Source of the DNA: Fibrobacteria bacterium
GTDB taxonomy: Bacteria > Fibrobacterota > Chitinivibrionia > Chitinivibrionales > FEN-1185
DNA: 64,000 nucleotides
Assembly: GCA_037447435.1 (NCBI GenBank)
Contig: JBBIGR010000004.1
Location: forward strand, 139,415 to 203,414
Direction: 5' to 3'
How positions within the stretch are numbered: the first letter of the stretch is position 1; every line of letters begins with the position of its first letter. The notes beneath the pieces were generated by a model, which worked only from the letters and a program-made list of their open reading frames with translations, made no database searches and had not been told where the DNA came from. Made by a program: the position numbers and the translations under genes. Below, in pieces: positions 51,216-61,762 of this stretch.

Positions 51216-52661
51216 TTATTTGGCAAGTATTTCTGCGGCCTTTGGCACATATTTCGAGTCCAACAACTCCTGAATATATTGCCATTGCGGATATTCACCC
51301 GACCGAGCCCAGTTCTTTTTTACGACAATATCGTACCACGCGTCAAGGTACACATTGCCGATTTCTTCGAAATGAACATCTCCGGGGATGACGGTATATT
51401 TGTTGTACATGAGCTGCCGGAACGATGTTTCGTAAATATTGGTTATCCATCCTCCGCCGAACATCATCGACATATCGCTGAGGATTTCTTTTCGGACAGG
51501 AATCATTCCGAATCTGCTGCAATCCTGTATTTGACTTTTTGTCCCCGTGACATACGATGCGAGTTCCCACGACAATCGGGGATTAGGCGTATTTACCGGA
51601 ATTCCCCACCACCAACCGCCGGTAGTTACCGATTTTTTTCCTTCCCGCAATATACTCCCGTTCGCATCAAGAATTATCGAGCATCCTTGCGGCATGGTCG
51701 CTACGGCCATATCGTTCGGATCGTTTAAAAATCCGTCAAGTCCATCCTGTCCTGTTCCATGAATAAAGAAGCAATCAACCTGAGTCATAAACGCGCAAAA
51801 AACCTCGCCCTCTTTGAATGCTTTCCATATTTCCATGCCGCCCCACGATTCTTCCCACATTCGTTTATTATAGACCGACGTCGCGTATGCCGCCTCCCAC
51901 ATAAATGCATCGGCTACCGCATTGCCCTTCATGCTCAACACCTGCGAACTGTCGCCGTTGCATTGAAAAACCCTATCGATAATACGGAGCGAAGTGCCCG
52001 AATACCGTTTTCCCCTATGCCCGATTCGAGGCAAAATTTTTCCGTCGTACGGTGTATGCGCCCAAATCCACCCGACCACATAGACATCGAAAAAGTCCCA
52101 TTTATTGGGATCTTCCTCCAAAACATAGGTAGAGGGCAAGCCATAGCCGTTGATCTTTTTCATATCGGCATCTATTGCGTCTTTGAAATTTGCCCATCTG
52201 CTTATGGCATCGGCGACCTTGCTTTTGCAGTAAACCATTATCCGTGTTTCGAATTTACGGGGAACAAGGTATTGCTTGTCGTCGTATGTTCCCAGCGACG
52301 TCAGCATATATTTGGCCCTGAAATTTTTAATTTCATCCGCGGTCAGAATGGAATCAAGAGGCATTAACAGGTGCTTTTTAATAAGCGCCTTACTTTTTTC
52401 GAACGGAATTTTTACAAGCGAAACATGCCCGGCCCGTTGGCCTAATTCGGTTTCCAGGTCCGAAGGATTTTCGTAATGGACAACCGTCGTTTTCGCATGG
52501 TTTTCGCGGTCGAACCCCGGAATAGCCTCTTTGGAGAAATAATCCTCCTGCGCTTTGATCATTTTTACAAGGACTATGGATTGTCGAGATGCGGAACACC
52601 CGGCAAAAAAAATGCAAGAAAAAACAAACAGGAGTAAAGGAAGTCTTATGTTGCGCATCAT
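51216..52661 (-). CDS. Extracellular solute-binding lipoprotein (SBP_bac_1/8-like)
   Basis: Lipobox FFAG-C, LMPLD, YLVP...[17 protein letters not shown], resembling the sugar-type SBP pattern. Confidence 0.65.
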   Translation of the reverse strand: MMRNIRLPLLLFVFSCIFFAGCSASRQSIVLVKMIKAQEDYFSKEAIPGFDRENHAKTTVVHYENPSDLETELGQRAGHVSLVKIPFEKSKALIKKHLLMPLDSILTADEIKNFRAKYMLTSLGTYDDKQYLVPRKFETRIMVYCKSKVADAISRWANFKDAIDADMKKINGYGLPSTYVLEEDPNKWDFFDVYVVGWIWAHTPYDGKILPRIGHRGKRYSGTSLRIIDRVFQCNGDSSQVLSMKGNAVADAFMWEAAYATSVYNKRMWEESWGGMEIWKAFKEGEVFCAFMTQVDCFFIHGTGQDGLDGFLNDPNDMAVATMPQGCSIILDANGSILREGKKSVTTGGWWWGIPVNTPNPRLSWELASYVTGTKSQIQDCSRFGMIPVRKEILSDMSMMFGGGWITNIYETSFRQLMYNKYTVIPGDVHFEEIGNVYLDAWYDIVVKKNWARSGEYPQWQYIQELLDSKYVPKAAEILAK

Positions 52662-52690
52662 TTTCGCACCCTTTTTATGAGTCTTTAGCG

Positions 52691-53194
52691 TCAATCTTTC
52701 GGTTGCTGTTTTCCGGCGCTTAAAGTCTCGATACGAACGTTTGACTTGCGCAATCGCTTGACGAATATTTTCAACAATTCGATTGCAATTGTCGGGTATT
52801 CCGAAATGACGTCTATGAGATCGTCGCGTTTGACCCTGATGACCACGCATTTGGTCAGGGCCGAGGCGCTTGCAGAACGGGCCTCATCATCGAAAAGGGC
52901 CATTTCGCCGAAACATTCTCCGGCGCAAAGCTCGGCCAATTCTATGACCCTGTTATCGATGGTCTTTTTGGTGATTTTGACTCTGCCTTCCTTGATGACG
53001 TACAAACAATCTCCGGCATCGCTTTCCTTGACAAGATCATCACCCGCTTCGACGGAAAAGTTTTCCACAATCGCGGCAATCGCCCGCAGCTCGCTTGTTT
53101 GCACTGCAGAAAACAGCGGCGTTTTCTTAAGGAAAATCACATTTTCCAGCATATCGAACGACTTTACCAATTTATCATTCATACCTTCCGCCAT
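52691..53194 (-). CDS. Stand-alone cyclic-nucleotide-binding domain protein
   Basis: LKKTPLFS, LYVIKEGRV, phosphate-binding cassette GECFGEMALFDDEARSASA. No HTH. Confidence 0.9.
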   Translation of the reverse strand: MAEGMNDKLVKSFDMLENVIFLKKTPLFSAVQTSELRAIAAIVENFSVEAGDDLVKESDAGDCLYVIKEGRVKITKKTIDNRVIELAELCAGECFGEMALFDDEARSASASALTKCVVIRVKRDDLIDVISEYPTIAIELLKIFVKRLRKSNVRIETLSAGKQQPKD

Positions 53195-55903
53195 TCATCG
53201 GATTGCTTGTTGAGCGTTCCCGAGGGACCGCTTTGAATCGCTCACTTTTTTCCAACGTTCGTCTTTGGTCGATACGAATAAGGCATGCGCGGCATATTCT
53301 GCGCATTCCGTCAACCATTGGTTGGGGTGAGAACAAAAGAACTCCACGGTTTCAAAGAGCGGACGAGACCGCTGCTTAAAAGTAAACGTAGCCTCCCGTC
53401 CGTGCGTAACGGCATCGTCGGTGTCGAGAAGGTTGATGAGCCACCGGTTTATCTTAACATTTCCGACATTGTCGAGGACTTCGAACGCGCGGGCGCGGAC
53501 ATGCCTGTTGGGATGATACAATCGCTGCATGATCGCGCCGATATGGCCGCTGGAATCGCAAAGCGCGGCAATCAAAATCAGATTCTTCAGTTTTTGCACT
53601 ATGCATACTTCATAAACCACTGTCCGCAAGAGGTTGACTTCTTTTAGCGAATCTTTCGTGTCAAGAACGCTGACGGCAAGCCAGTCGCCGTAAATCGAAG
53701 CGACCTGCGTTTTTGCCACCTCTTCCAAAATATCGCCGAATTCTTCGGTAAGCAGACTTGCACGTTGATAGAGCGCCAACAGGATTATTCGCTGCCGGAT
53801 ATAGTGTTCTTTTTGAAGTCTGGCAAGGCACCTGGCTACGGAATACTTTTTGTCAATAAGTTCGACGATGCCCTTGGCAAGGTCGGACTCGAGCCCAACA
53901 ACTGTTCCGTCGGAAAGCGACAGTATTATATCAAAAGCCTCGTCGTTTGCGGTCTGCGCACAGGCATTGATAAGCAGTCTCCGCAGCGAATGATTCTCTA
54001 TTATTCTGGATTTTTCCTTTGCGATAAAGGCGGTAAGCGCAGGTAAAAATTGGGGCATATGGATTTCACCGATTGCGTAGAGTGCGCTTGCTTTGTCGCT
54101 GTCATGAGTAGATTCAAGCAAACCGACGAGCATCTTCGACAGTTCGTCTTTTCGACGGACGCTTTTTGTTTGTCGCCAAACCAGAACTATGGTGTTGACT
54201 TTTATACGGGTATTCGAGTGATGCAGAAACGTTTCGAGTCCTTCCTGGGTTTCCGCATCTTCGAATTGCGCCAAAGCCAGGATGCTGTTGGCAACAACCC
54301 GTTCGCTTCCGTCGGTAAGCAGTTTTGAAAAAACAACCCGGAGTTCCTGCTTTTTAAGCGGCGCCAGACTCGAAATTATCGTTGCCCTGGTTTTATCATC
54401 TCCGCTTTCTAAATATTTTAGCAACACATCGATTGACTCCTTGGTATTCATTGCGGCCAAAATCTCAATGATGAATTTTTTGATTTCATATTCTTCTTTT
54501 TCTAAAATGATCGAAAGCATGGCCAGGTAATTTTCAGTATCCGGAATATCTACCAAGTTGAATAAGGCAGGAAGCTTTTTGGAGCGAAAACCGCTCAAAT
54601 ATGATGTCAAACTTTGGGCGTATCGTTTACGAATCCTAAAGGTTTGTACCATGACCAGCGCCGATAAAAGGAATAAAAGTAAGGTTGTTATACAAAAGGG
54701 AATTTTGGGCAAAACAAACAGCATCCAAAGGCTTGCAAAAATTATGGCCGCAGGTTTGATGACACCTTCTATCGACAGTTTCCCGCGTCCCCGGACATCC
54801 TGCGGCAAACTGGAAAAAAAGACTTGAAAATTAGGCGAGAAAAAAGAATCGAAAAATGCCACACGCAGTCCCATACCGCTTACGATACTCCAAAACAACC
54901 AATTCGCCATAGTCGTGCCGGGTTGCGGATTCCCGCCGGACAAGGCTCCGATGACGGTTTGCACCGCAAATACGCCGCATAAAACGGCAGGCAGAAAAAG
55001 CATGGAACGGGTAGAGCCGATTTTTTTAAGAATAAATCCGGCAACCCCAACCTGTAAAATCACCGTCGCAAACATGCTTGTTCCATTGAAATACCCTAAA
55101 AACGAACCGAGCGATTTTGCGTCGCATAAATATTTTTTAAGTTGGGAATAAAAAACATAATGCTGGTTAAGAAGAATAAAAAACAGGATAAAATAAAAAA
55201 TCGCCATATTCCGCAAGAGCGGTTCTTTTTGCAATAGCTTCAAATCGCCAAAAATGTTTTTAAGCGTCCGCTTTCCCTGTTGCGGCCGATCGGCCGACGG
55301 TATGAATGCGGCGCCGAAAACGATTTTAAACGGAATAAAAAGGATACCGAGAATTATGGATAAAACCGCCCAAACGACCAGCAGATTTTCGGCAGGTATG
55401 ACCTTTAAAAGGGATGGTATCGAAAACGAAATAAGAATGGCGCCTATGGTCCCGCCCGCTGCGATAAACGGAAACTCCTTGCTTGCTCTACGAGAATCAA
55501 CAAGATCGTTTGCCAAGGTCCAGAACATAAGAAACAAGAGAATTTTGGTAACGTATGCATAGGAAAATAACGGCAGGTAAAGAAACTGCGCATGCATCAT
55601 CACTAAAACCCTGATGAGAATGAGAACGCAGCCATGGCAAACGGCAAGAAGCAGGAAAAAGGTCCCTCTATTTACCCTGTCGATGACCGACATCATGAAA
55701 GCAGACATGAAAAATAAAAAAAACGCATTTACCAAAAACATATTCGGGATGAATTTGGCGTCAAAATGCGAAAGCAAAAGCGATTCCGCGGTACTGTCGC
55801 CAAGGATGGCGGCGCCAAAGCAAATAAAGAGTAAAATGAAAAGCGGCCACCGGCAGGAGGCAAAAACGGGCATCTTTTTTAGTTTTTCAGCAAGTTGATT
55901 CAT
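53195..55903 (-). CDS. NTT/TLC (Npt1-like) MFS transporter fused to HEAT repeats
   Basis: About 12 hydrophobic helices with FWTLANDL...KEFPFIAAGGTIG and RGRGK...KP. C-terminal HEAT-like repeats (D..VVANSILAL, KASALYAIGE, VRARAFEVLDN). Confidence 0.78.
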   Translation of the reverse strand: MNQLAEKLKKMPVFASCRWPLFILLFICFGAAILGDSTAESLLLSHFDAKFIPNMFLVNAFFLFFMSAFMMSVIDRVNRGTFFLLLAVCHGCVLILIRVLVMMHAQFLYLPLFSYAYVTKILLFLMFWTLANDLVDSRRASKEFPFIAAGGTIGAILISFSIPSLLKVIPAENLLVVWAVLSIILGILFIPFKIVFGAAFIPSADRPQQGKRTLKNIFGDLKLLQKEPLLRNMAIFYFILFFILLNQHYVFYSQLKKYLCDAKSLGSFLGYFNGTSMFATVILQVGVAGFILKKIGSTRSMLFLPAVLCGVFAVQTVIGALSGGNPQPGTTMANWLFWSIVSGMGLRVAFFDSFFSPNFQVFFSSLPQDVRGRGKLSIEGVIKPAAIIFASLWMLFVLPKIPFCITTLLLFLLSALVMVQTFRIRKRYAQSLTSYLSGFRSKKLPALFNLVDIPDTENYLAMLSIILEKEEYEIKKFIIEILAAMNTKESIDVLLKYLESGDDKTRATIISSLAPLKKQELRVVFSKLLTDGSERVVANSILALAQFEDAETQEGLETFLHHSNTRIKVNTIVLVWRQTKSVRRKDELSKMLVGLLESTHDSDKASALYAIGEIHMPQFLPALTAFIAKEKSRIIENHSLRRLLINACAQTANDEAFDIILSLSDGTVVGLESDLAKGIVELIDKKYSVARCLARLQKEHYIRQRIILLALYQRASLLTEEFGDILEEVAKTQVASIYGDWLAVSVLDTKDSLKEVNLLRTVVYEVCIVQKLKNLILIAALCDSSGHIGAIMQRLYHPNRHVRARAFEVLDNVGNVKINRWLINLLDTDDAVTHGREATFTFKQRSRPLFETVEFFCSHPNQWLTECAEYAAHALFVSTKDERWKKVSDSKRSLGNAQQAIR

Positions 55904-56082
55904 TGGCTTCCCTGAACGCCACGTGCAATTAGTTAAACCTTCAATGTATTATTTGAAAATATTATTATATAATTATGTACAAAATCGTGCCATGGGTTTA
56001 ACATTTTTTCCTCTTAAATAGATTAATGGTATATTTTCATAGAAACGGACTCTCATTCAAATGTAAAAAAAGGTTTGACGAA

Positions 56083-57426
56083 ATGGACAAGCAAAAACTT
56101 AAGGAACAGGTTGAGACCATACGGCAGGCATTCAGTTATATCAATCAATTTCAAGGGAAAACGTTCGTCATTAAAATAGAAGGCTCGCTGATCAGTCATC
56201 CCTATTTCCCGATCCTCATCAAAGACATTTCACTGCTTCACCAAATGGGAATTAGAATCGTTCTTGTCCCCGGTGCGAAGAACAGGATCGATGAAATATT
56301 GCGCACCTATGGAATGAGGTATGATGTTGTCAACGGCATCAGGATTTCCACGCCGGAATCCATCCCGTTCATTAAAATGGCGGCATTCGACGTTTCCAAC
56401 AAAATCATGACACTGCTTGCGGAAAACAATACCAATGCCGTGATAGGCAATTGGGTACGGGCGCGAAGCATCGGCGTCCGCAGCGGCGTGGATTTTCAGA
56501 GCTCGGGTACGGTGGAGAAACTCGATCTTGACATAATTCAAAACGTCCTTAACGACGGGCTCGTCCCCATTTTTCCGAATATCGGCTGGAACGCACAGGG
56601 CAAGCCGTATAACCTGTCGTCCAATGAACTGGCTTTTACCATATCTACCGAGCTGAAGGCCGCGAAATTGTTTTTCATTAATGAAACCGGCGGTATCAAG
56701 GTAAAAGACTTTTCTATCCCTAAAAGCGTCTATGTTTCAAGCGACGGTTCCATTTCACAATTTACCGTACAGGAAGCACAGGAATTCTTAAATAAAAACG
56801 ATCATGGTACGGCAAATGCCGATCTCGAACTTTTGTCGTTGGCATATCGGGCATGCAAGCATGGGGTCATGCGCGTCCACATCATCGACGGCCAGATGGA
56901 AGGAATGATACTCAAAGAAATCTTTTCCAATCGCGGCCTCGGCACAATGATTTACGCAAATCAACATGAGAATATAAGGACAATGAACCAGGCCGATGTT
57001 CCCGAAGTGCTTCAACTGATGAAACCATTCATCGCCAAAGGGACCCTGATCGAGCGAACGACAGCCGATTTGGAAGAGCATCTTGAGGATTATGCCGTTT
57101 ACGAAGTAGACGGAACGGTCCACGGATGCGCGGCATTGCATCTTTTTCCCGGTAATCAAGCTGAAATTGCGGGAATTGCCGTTGACGAATTATATGCCAG
57201 CATGGGAATCGGGAAGAAAATCGTTTCGTACCTTATGGAAAAAGCGATAAAACTTAAATTAAAACAGGTATTCGTCCTCACCACGCAGGCGATGGACTGG
57301 TTCTCCGCTTTCGGATTCAAAAAAGGCACGGTTGCCGACTTACCGAAAGGGAAACGTGAAAAATACGATAAAAACCGAAATTCGCTTATCCTTATTTATC
57401 GATTGAAAAAAGCGGCGGCCGACTGA
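56083..57426 (+). CDS. argA: Amino-acid N-acetyltransferase (AAK plus GNAT)
   Basis: YINQFQGKTFVIKI, RVHIIDG, EIFSNRGLGTMI, GCAAL, FVLTTQAMDWF, RNS. Confidence 0.92.
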   Translation: MDKQKLKEQVETIRQAFSYINQFQGKTFVIKIEGSLISHPYFPILIKDISLLHQMGIRIVLVPGAKNRIDEILRTYGMRYDVVNGIRISTPESIPFIKMAAFDVSNKIMTLLAENNTNAVIGNWVRARSIGVRSGVDFQSSGTVEKLDLDIIQNVLNDGLVPIFPNIGWNAQGKPYNLSSNELAFTISTELKAAKLFFINETGGIKVKDFSIPKSVYVSSDGSISQFTVQEAQEFLNKNDHGTANADLELLSLAYRACKHGVMRVHIIDGQMEGMILKEIFSNRGLGTMIYANQHENIRTMNQADVPEVLQLMKPFIAKGTLIERTTADLEEHLEDYAVYEVDGTVHGCAALHLFPGNQAEIAGIAVDELYASMGIGKKIVSYLMEKAIKLKLKQVFVLTTQAMDWFSAFGFKKGTVADLPKGKREKYDKNRNSLILIYRLKKAAAD

Positions 57427-57440
57427 CCGAAACAGTATTG

Positions 57441-57507
57441 GAAAAAGTCGCTGTCGAGCGGATTTTTTACCTCGTCGGAGCCATGCCGATACAAATCGAC
57501 ATGGCTC
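57441..57507. terminator. Two hairpins between the convergent argA and oxidoreductase genes
   Basis: aaaaagtcgct-gtcg-agcggattttt and gagccatgccgat-acaa-atcgacatggctc. Confidence 0.6.
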
Positions 57508-57525
57508 TAAAAACCACTTCGTTTC

Positions 57526-59418
57526 CTACGAGACCATTGCCTTTTCCACAAGGACCGACACGTCATTGAGCGCGATAGTGCTATCCGCCCCGGCATCTCC
57601 CCTTGCATCCTTGAGCATGGTGTAACAATATGGACACCCCACGGCAATGGTTTTTGCGCCGGTTGCCTGCAGTTGTGCGAAACGCATGCGATTAATGCGG
57701 GTCCCCTCATGCTCTTCCAGAAACGCCAATCCGCCGCCGCCGCCGCAACAAAAGGAGTTTTCTCCGTGCTGTTTTGCTTCGGTGATTGCATATCCGGCTT
57801 TGACAAGCAGGTTCCGGGGCTCGGATGTTGACTTGAGATAGCGACTGAGATAGCACGGGTCATGGAACACCGCGCTCCCGCCGGCACCTTGCTTAAGGGT
57901 AATTTTTCCCGTATCAATGAGTTCCTTGATGAAAACCGTATGATGAGTGACCTCAAACGCTGCGCCCAAGTCGTGCCAGTCGCGACCGATTGTGACGGCA
58001 CAATGCGGACAGGCGGTAATTACCTTCTTAACACCCAATTCCTGCATCTGCTTTATGCTTTTGCCGGCCATCTCCTGGTAAAGAAACTCGTTGCCCAGGC
58101 GGCGTGCGGGATCACCGCAGCAAATCTCGTTTTCAAGAATGCCAAAGGAAACTCCGGCCTTGCGAAGAAGTGCGGCAGTGGCAATAGCCGTCTGCCGGTA
58201 CCCCTGGTCATAGTTCGCGAAGCAGCCCATCCATAAAAGGTATTCCGTACCCTTTGTGAAGATCGGCGATTGGGTGTCCTTGATCGATCTGGCACGCTCG
58301 CCCGGATCAATACCGAATATGTTTTTCTTCGCCTCGAGATTCTGAAAAGCAACCTGCGCCTGTTCCGGACATTCTGTATCGACCTGCACGCTCCACCGTC
58401 GCATTCCGACAATTTTTGAGGGGTGTTCGATGCCGACGGGGCAGCTGTGTTCGCATGCCGTACAGGTTGTGCATTCCCAAAGCGCGGTCTCGCTAATAGC
58501 CGTCCCAATCGCCTTTTCATTCACCTTCCCCTCTTCAAGACCATGCTGAATGCCAAGAACCATATCGCGGGGTTTGAGAGACTTGTCGGTGGCGGCAGCC
58601 GGACAGGCATCGTTACAGCGACCGCACTGTATGCAGGTATAAGAATCCAGCAGGTCTTTCCAGCTGAAATTCTTGATGGTACCAATGCCAAAATCCTCCT
58701 TTTCTTCGTTTTCCAAATCCGTCGTTCGCAGCCGTCCTATATCAAAGTTTCGGATGAACTCATTGACAGGACAGAACAGAAGATGCAGGTGCTTCGATTT
58801 AGGTATATAGACAAGAAAAGTGAGGATCGTGATGTTCTGTATCCATTGGGATATGTTGACCAGGACCTGGTTACCGCCGAAAAAAGGCACCATAAAAGTG
58901 ATCATGATGACAGAAATCATGGTGAGGATATACCAGGCATCCGGTGTGCGGGTGAGAGTTTTAGGGCGTAAAATTCCGCGACGAACCATAAATCCCGCGA
59001 CAGCAGCCAGGATTGCCGCTCCGACAGCAAACAGAAATTTGCCGAGGAAAATATTGTAGAAGTCAATAATAATCCGAGGAAAAACGAAACCGAACGCATG
59101 GGGAAAGTGATAGGCTTTCTCTAAAAGAAACGCAAGAAACCCCAGGAATACAATACTGTGCATGGTTCCGACAATCGGTCTTCCCGCGATCACCCGATAC
59201 TGCAGAAACACATCGCGGATCACCCGCAGAAGTCTTTCCGGTATTCTGTCAAGTCGCCGAACGTCGACGCCACCCAGCCTAACTTTCGCCAATTTCTGGC
59301 CGAGGAAGACAAAAAAGAGCACCCACGCAAGGACGCACAGAAACGCGAGAATAACCTTTTCGGGCGTCGTGAGGGTAGGTTCAACCAACGTAAGCGGTGC
59401 AAGAAGGCTGAATGACAT
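57526..59418 (-). CDS. Membrane-bound Fe-S oxidoreductase (TM domain, 2x[4Fe-4S], CCG domains; FadF/HdrD/GlpC-like)
   Basis: SKHLH, CIQCGRCNDACP, CTTCTACEHSCP, CCGD, ACPHC, HDPCYL, CCGGGGG, GCPYC. Confidence 0.9.
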   Translation of the reverse strand: MSFSLLAPLTLVEPTLTTPEKVILAFLCVLAWVLFFVFLGQKLAKVRLGGVDVRRLDRIPERLLRVIRDVFLQYRVIAGRPIVGTMHSIVFLGFLAFLLEKAYHFPHAFGFVFPRIIIDFYNIFLGKFLFAVGAAILAAVAGFMVRRGILRPKTLTRTPDAWYILTMISVIMITFMVPFFGGNQVLVNISQWIQNITILTFLVYIPKSKHLHLLFCPVNEFIRNFDIGRLRTTDLENEEKEDFGIGTIKNFSWKDLLDSYTCIQCGRCNDACPAAATDKSLKPRDMVLGIQHGLEEGKVNEKAIGTAISETALWECTTCTACEHSCPVGIEHPSKIVGMRRWSVQVDTECPEQAQVAFQNLEAKKNIFGIDPGERARSIKDTQSPIFTKGTEYLLWMGCFANYDQGYRQTAIATAALLRKAGVSFGILENEICCGDPARRLGNEFLYQEMAGKSIKQMQELGVKKVITACPHCAVTIGRDWHDLGAAFEVTHHTVFIKELIDTGKITLKQGAGGSAVFHDPCYLSRYLKSTSEPRNLLVKAGYAITEAKQHGENSFCCGGGGGLAFLEEHEGTRINRMRFAQLQATGAKTIAVGCPYCYTMLKDARGDAGADSTIALNDVSVLVEKAMVS

Positions 59419-59457
59419 GATATACCTTTCTCTTTTACATTTAATAATTAATCGCCG

Positions 59458-60627
59458 TTAAATAACAGTACTGAGTTTACCGGGAAGTTGCTTTAACCGT
59501 TCGCCGGCGGCCAGCAGCATCGACTCGCTTTTAGCAAAATGGAATCGGATCAGATGATTGACTTTTTCCCTGAAAAAACTTGAACCTGGAACAGCTGCCA
59601 CGCCTACTGCCTTGGCCATCCATTCGCAGAATTTCACATCGCTGCCTGTATGATATCCAGATATATCAACTAATACATAATATGCGCCTTGTGGGACGGT
59701 ATAGGTAAGGTTTGCGTCATCAAGAGCATGGAGAAATACATTACGCTTGATCGTGTATTGTTCCAGTAGTTCCCGGTAATAATCGTCTGGAAATTCCAGC
59801 GCAGTCACACTCGCTTCCTGGAGCGGTGCAGCTGCACCGACAGTCAGAAAATCATGGACTTTTCTGGTGCCATCGATAACTGATGCAGGTCCAATAATAT
59901 AACCAAGACGCCAACCTGTTATCGAATAGGTTTTTGAAAGCGAGCTGCAGGAAATTGTCCGCTCAAACATGCCGGGCAACGAAGCAAAATAAACATGCTG
60001 CAAAGGGGCATAAACAATGTGCTCATATACCTCATCGGTAATCACAAAGGTATCGAATTCCTCTGCAAGCGCCGCAATTTGAAGCAATTCATCTCTTGTA
60101 AATACTTTGCCCGAAGGATTTGACGGATTGCATAAAATGAGCGCCTTGGGTTTCTGTTCAAAAGCCTTACGCAATTCCGCTGGATCAAAAGCAAACCTTG
60201 GTGGCCGGAGCGGAACGTAAATGGGATCAGCGCCGCAGAGGATAGTATCGGCCAGATAATTTTCATAAAACGGACTAAAGATAATGACCTTATCGCCCGG
60301 ATTGCACACCGTCATCATTGCGGCCATCATAGCCTCGGTGCTTCCACAGGTCACGGTAATATTTTCGTCAGCATCAACCGGTATTTTCATGAACCGGGAA
60401 ACCTTTTTAGCAAGAGCATTTCGAAAGTTTTGGGCGCCCCACGTTACTGCATATTGATGCGGCCCCTTAAATGCAGTATCTTTAAGGGCATTTAAAAGAC
60501 CTTGGGGCGGATCAAAATCCGGAAAGCCCTGAGACAGATTGATTGCATTATGCTCACGGGCGACTCTTGTCATTCTGCGAATGACCGATTCGGTAAAATG
60601 GGAAACACGGGTACTGGTTTTAGGCAT
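59458..60627 (-). CDS. PLP-dependent class I/II aminotransferase (YbdL/methionine aminotransferase-like)
   Basis: AINLSQGFPDF, NPSNPSGKVF, DEVYEH, SLSKTYSITGWRLG, RFHFAK. Confidence 0.9.
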   Translation of the reverse strand: MPKTSTRVSHFTESVIRRMTRVAREHNAINLSQGFPDFDPPQGLLNALKDTAFKGPHQYAVTWGAQNFRNALAKKVSRFMKIPVDADENITVTCGSTEAMMAAMMTVCNPGDKVIIFSPFYENYLADTILCGADPIYVPLRPPRFAFDPAELRKAFEQKPKALILCNPSNPSGKVFTRDELLQIAALAEEFDTFVITDEVYEHIVYAPLQHVYFASLPGMFERTISCSSLSKTYSITGWRLGYIIGPASVIDGTRKVHDFLTVGAAAPLQEASVTALEFPDDYYRELLEQYTIKRNVFLHALDDANLTYTVPQGAYYVLVDISGYHTGSDVKFCEWMAKAVGVAAVPGSSFFREKVNHLIRFHFAKSESMLLAAGERLKQLPGKLSTVI

Positions 60628-60688
60628 ATGTTTTTAAAATACATCAAAGAAAATTATGCCTGCAGGAGTTCGAACCGCTGAAATTGCA

Positions 60689-60720
60689 AGCCCCCTTGGA
60701 ATGCAAAAATCCAAGGGGCT
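60689..60720. terminator. Hairpin downstream of cydB
   Basis: agcccccttgga...tccaaggggct. Confidence 0.6.
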
Positions 60721-60732
60721 GTTGCCGCTATT

Positions 60733-61761
60733 TCAATACTCAATCTCTGCATCACTCACGTCGGCCTCGGTAACGGGGTCTCTAAATATCCGGTACACCC
60801 AAATTTTGTAAGCAATGACGATGGGGACAAAAATAAATGCCACGACGGTCATGATCGTAAGCGTATAGGTGCTGGACGATGAGTTGTAAATTGTCAGACT
60901 ATACAAAGGATTAATGGTCGACGGAATGAGGTTCGGGAACAGGCCGATGAATCCCGTAAACACCACAGACAGTATCGTAATGCATGAAGCGGCAAAACTC
61001 TTAAAAGGTTTTTGTTTCGCTAAAAAGAAACGTATTGCCGCTAAAGAAACCACGGCAATAAGCGGCACGATGAGTACTACCGGGGTTTTCAAATAATTGT
61101 CCCACAGTTTTGTTGCCCACGCTGCAGCCGCAAGAAAAAGAACCGTTACGACGAGTAACATCGGCCATATTTTTTTTGCAAGGCTTTGTGCCTGTTTGCC
61201 AAGATCTCCCTGGTTTTTTACAGAAGCATATAATGCGCCATGGACGGTGAACAGCCCCACAAAAAGTACACCGGTCAATAAGCCGAAGGGGTTAAGCAGC
61301 GAAAGAAAACTTCCGTGATATCCGCTTGCGTCCATGGGAAAACCTTCGAAAATATCCCCAAAAGCAACACCGAATAACAGCGCCGGTGAAATTCCGCCCA
61401 GAAAAATTCCGATGTCCCAAAACTTTTTCAAATTCTCATTTTGCTCCTTGGACCTGAATTCAAGAGACACGCCGCGAATAATAAGTGAAAACAAAAGAAG
61501 CAACAATGCGGTATACAAATAGCTAAAAAGTAAAGCATAGGTCGTAGGAAAAGCCGCAAAAGTAGCTCCACCGGCCGTAACCAACCAAACTTCATTGCCG
61601 TTCCAAACCGGTCCTACCGACGTTGTCAGCATCCGGCGTTGCGTTTCGGTTTTCCCCAGTGCAAAATGCAGAACGCCATTTCCCATGACAAAGCCGTCGA
61701 GCATGAAATACACAGCCCATAAAACCGCCCATAATACGAACCAAATGATTTGAAATACCAT
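60733..61761 (-). CDS. cydB: Cytochrome bd ubiquinol oxidase subunit II
   Basis: LDGF, GPVWNGNEVWLVTAGGATFAAFP, RGVSLEFR, SSSTYTL. Confidence 0.95.
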   Translation of the reverse strand: MVFQIIWFVLWAVLWAVYFMLDGFVMGNGVLHFALGKTETQRRMLTTSVGPVWNGNEVWLVTAGGATFAAFPTTYALLFSYLYTALLLLLFSLIIRGVSLEFRSKEQNENLKKFWDIGIFLGGISPALLFGVAFGDIFEGFPMDASGYHGSFLSLLNPFGLLTGVLFVGLFTVHGALYASVKNQGDLGKQAQSLAKKIWPMLLVVTVLFLAAAAWATKLWDNYLKTPVVLIVPLIAVVSLAAIRFFLAKQKPFKSFAASCITILSVVFTGFIGLFPNLIPSTINPLYSLTIYNSSSSTYTLTIMTVVAFIFVPIVIAYKIWVYRIFRDPVTEADVSDAEIEY

Positions 61762-61762
61762 T

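Noticed and set aside
52662..52850. 63-aa N-terminal extension of the SBP ORF in the ORF track
   Set aside because: It overlaps the cNMP gene. The real start is the lipoprotein signal at 52661.
60655..60685. GTTCGAA T-loop-like sequence suggesting a tRNA fragment or att site
   Set aside because: The flanks do not form a T stem on either strand, there is no cloverleaf, and no integrase is nearby.
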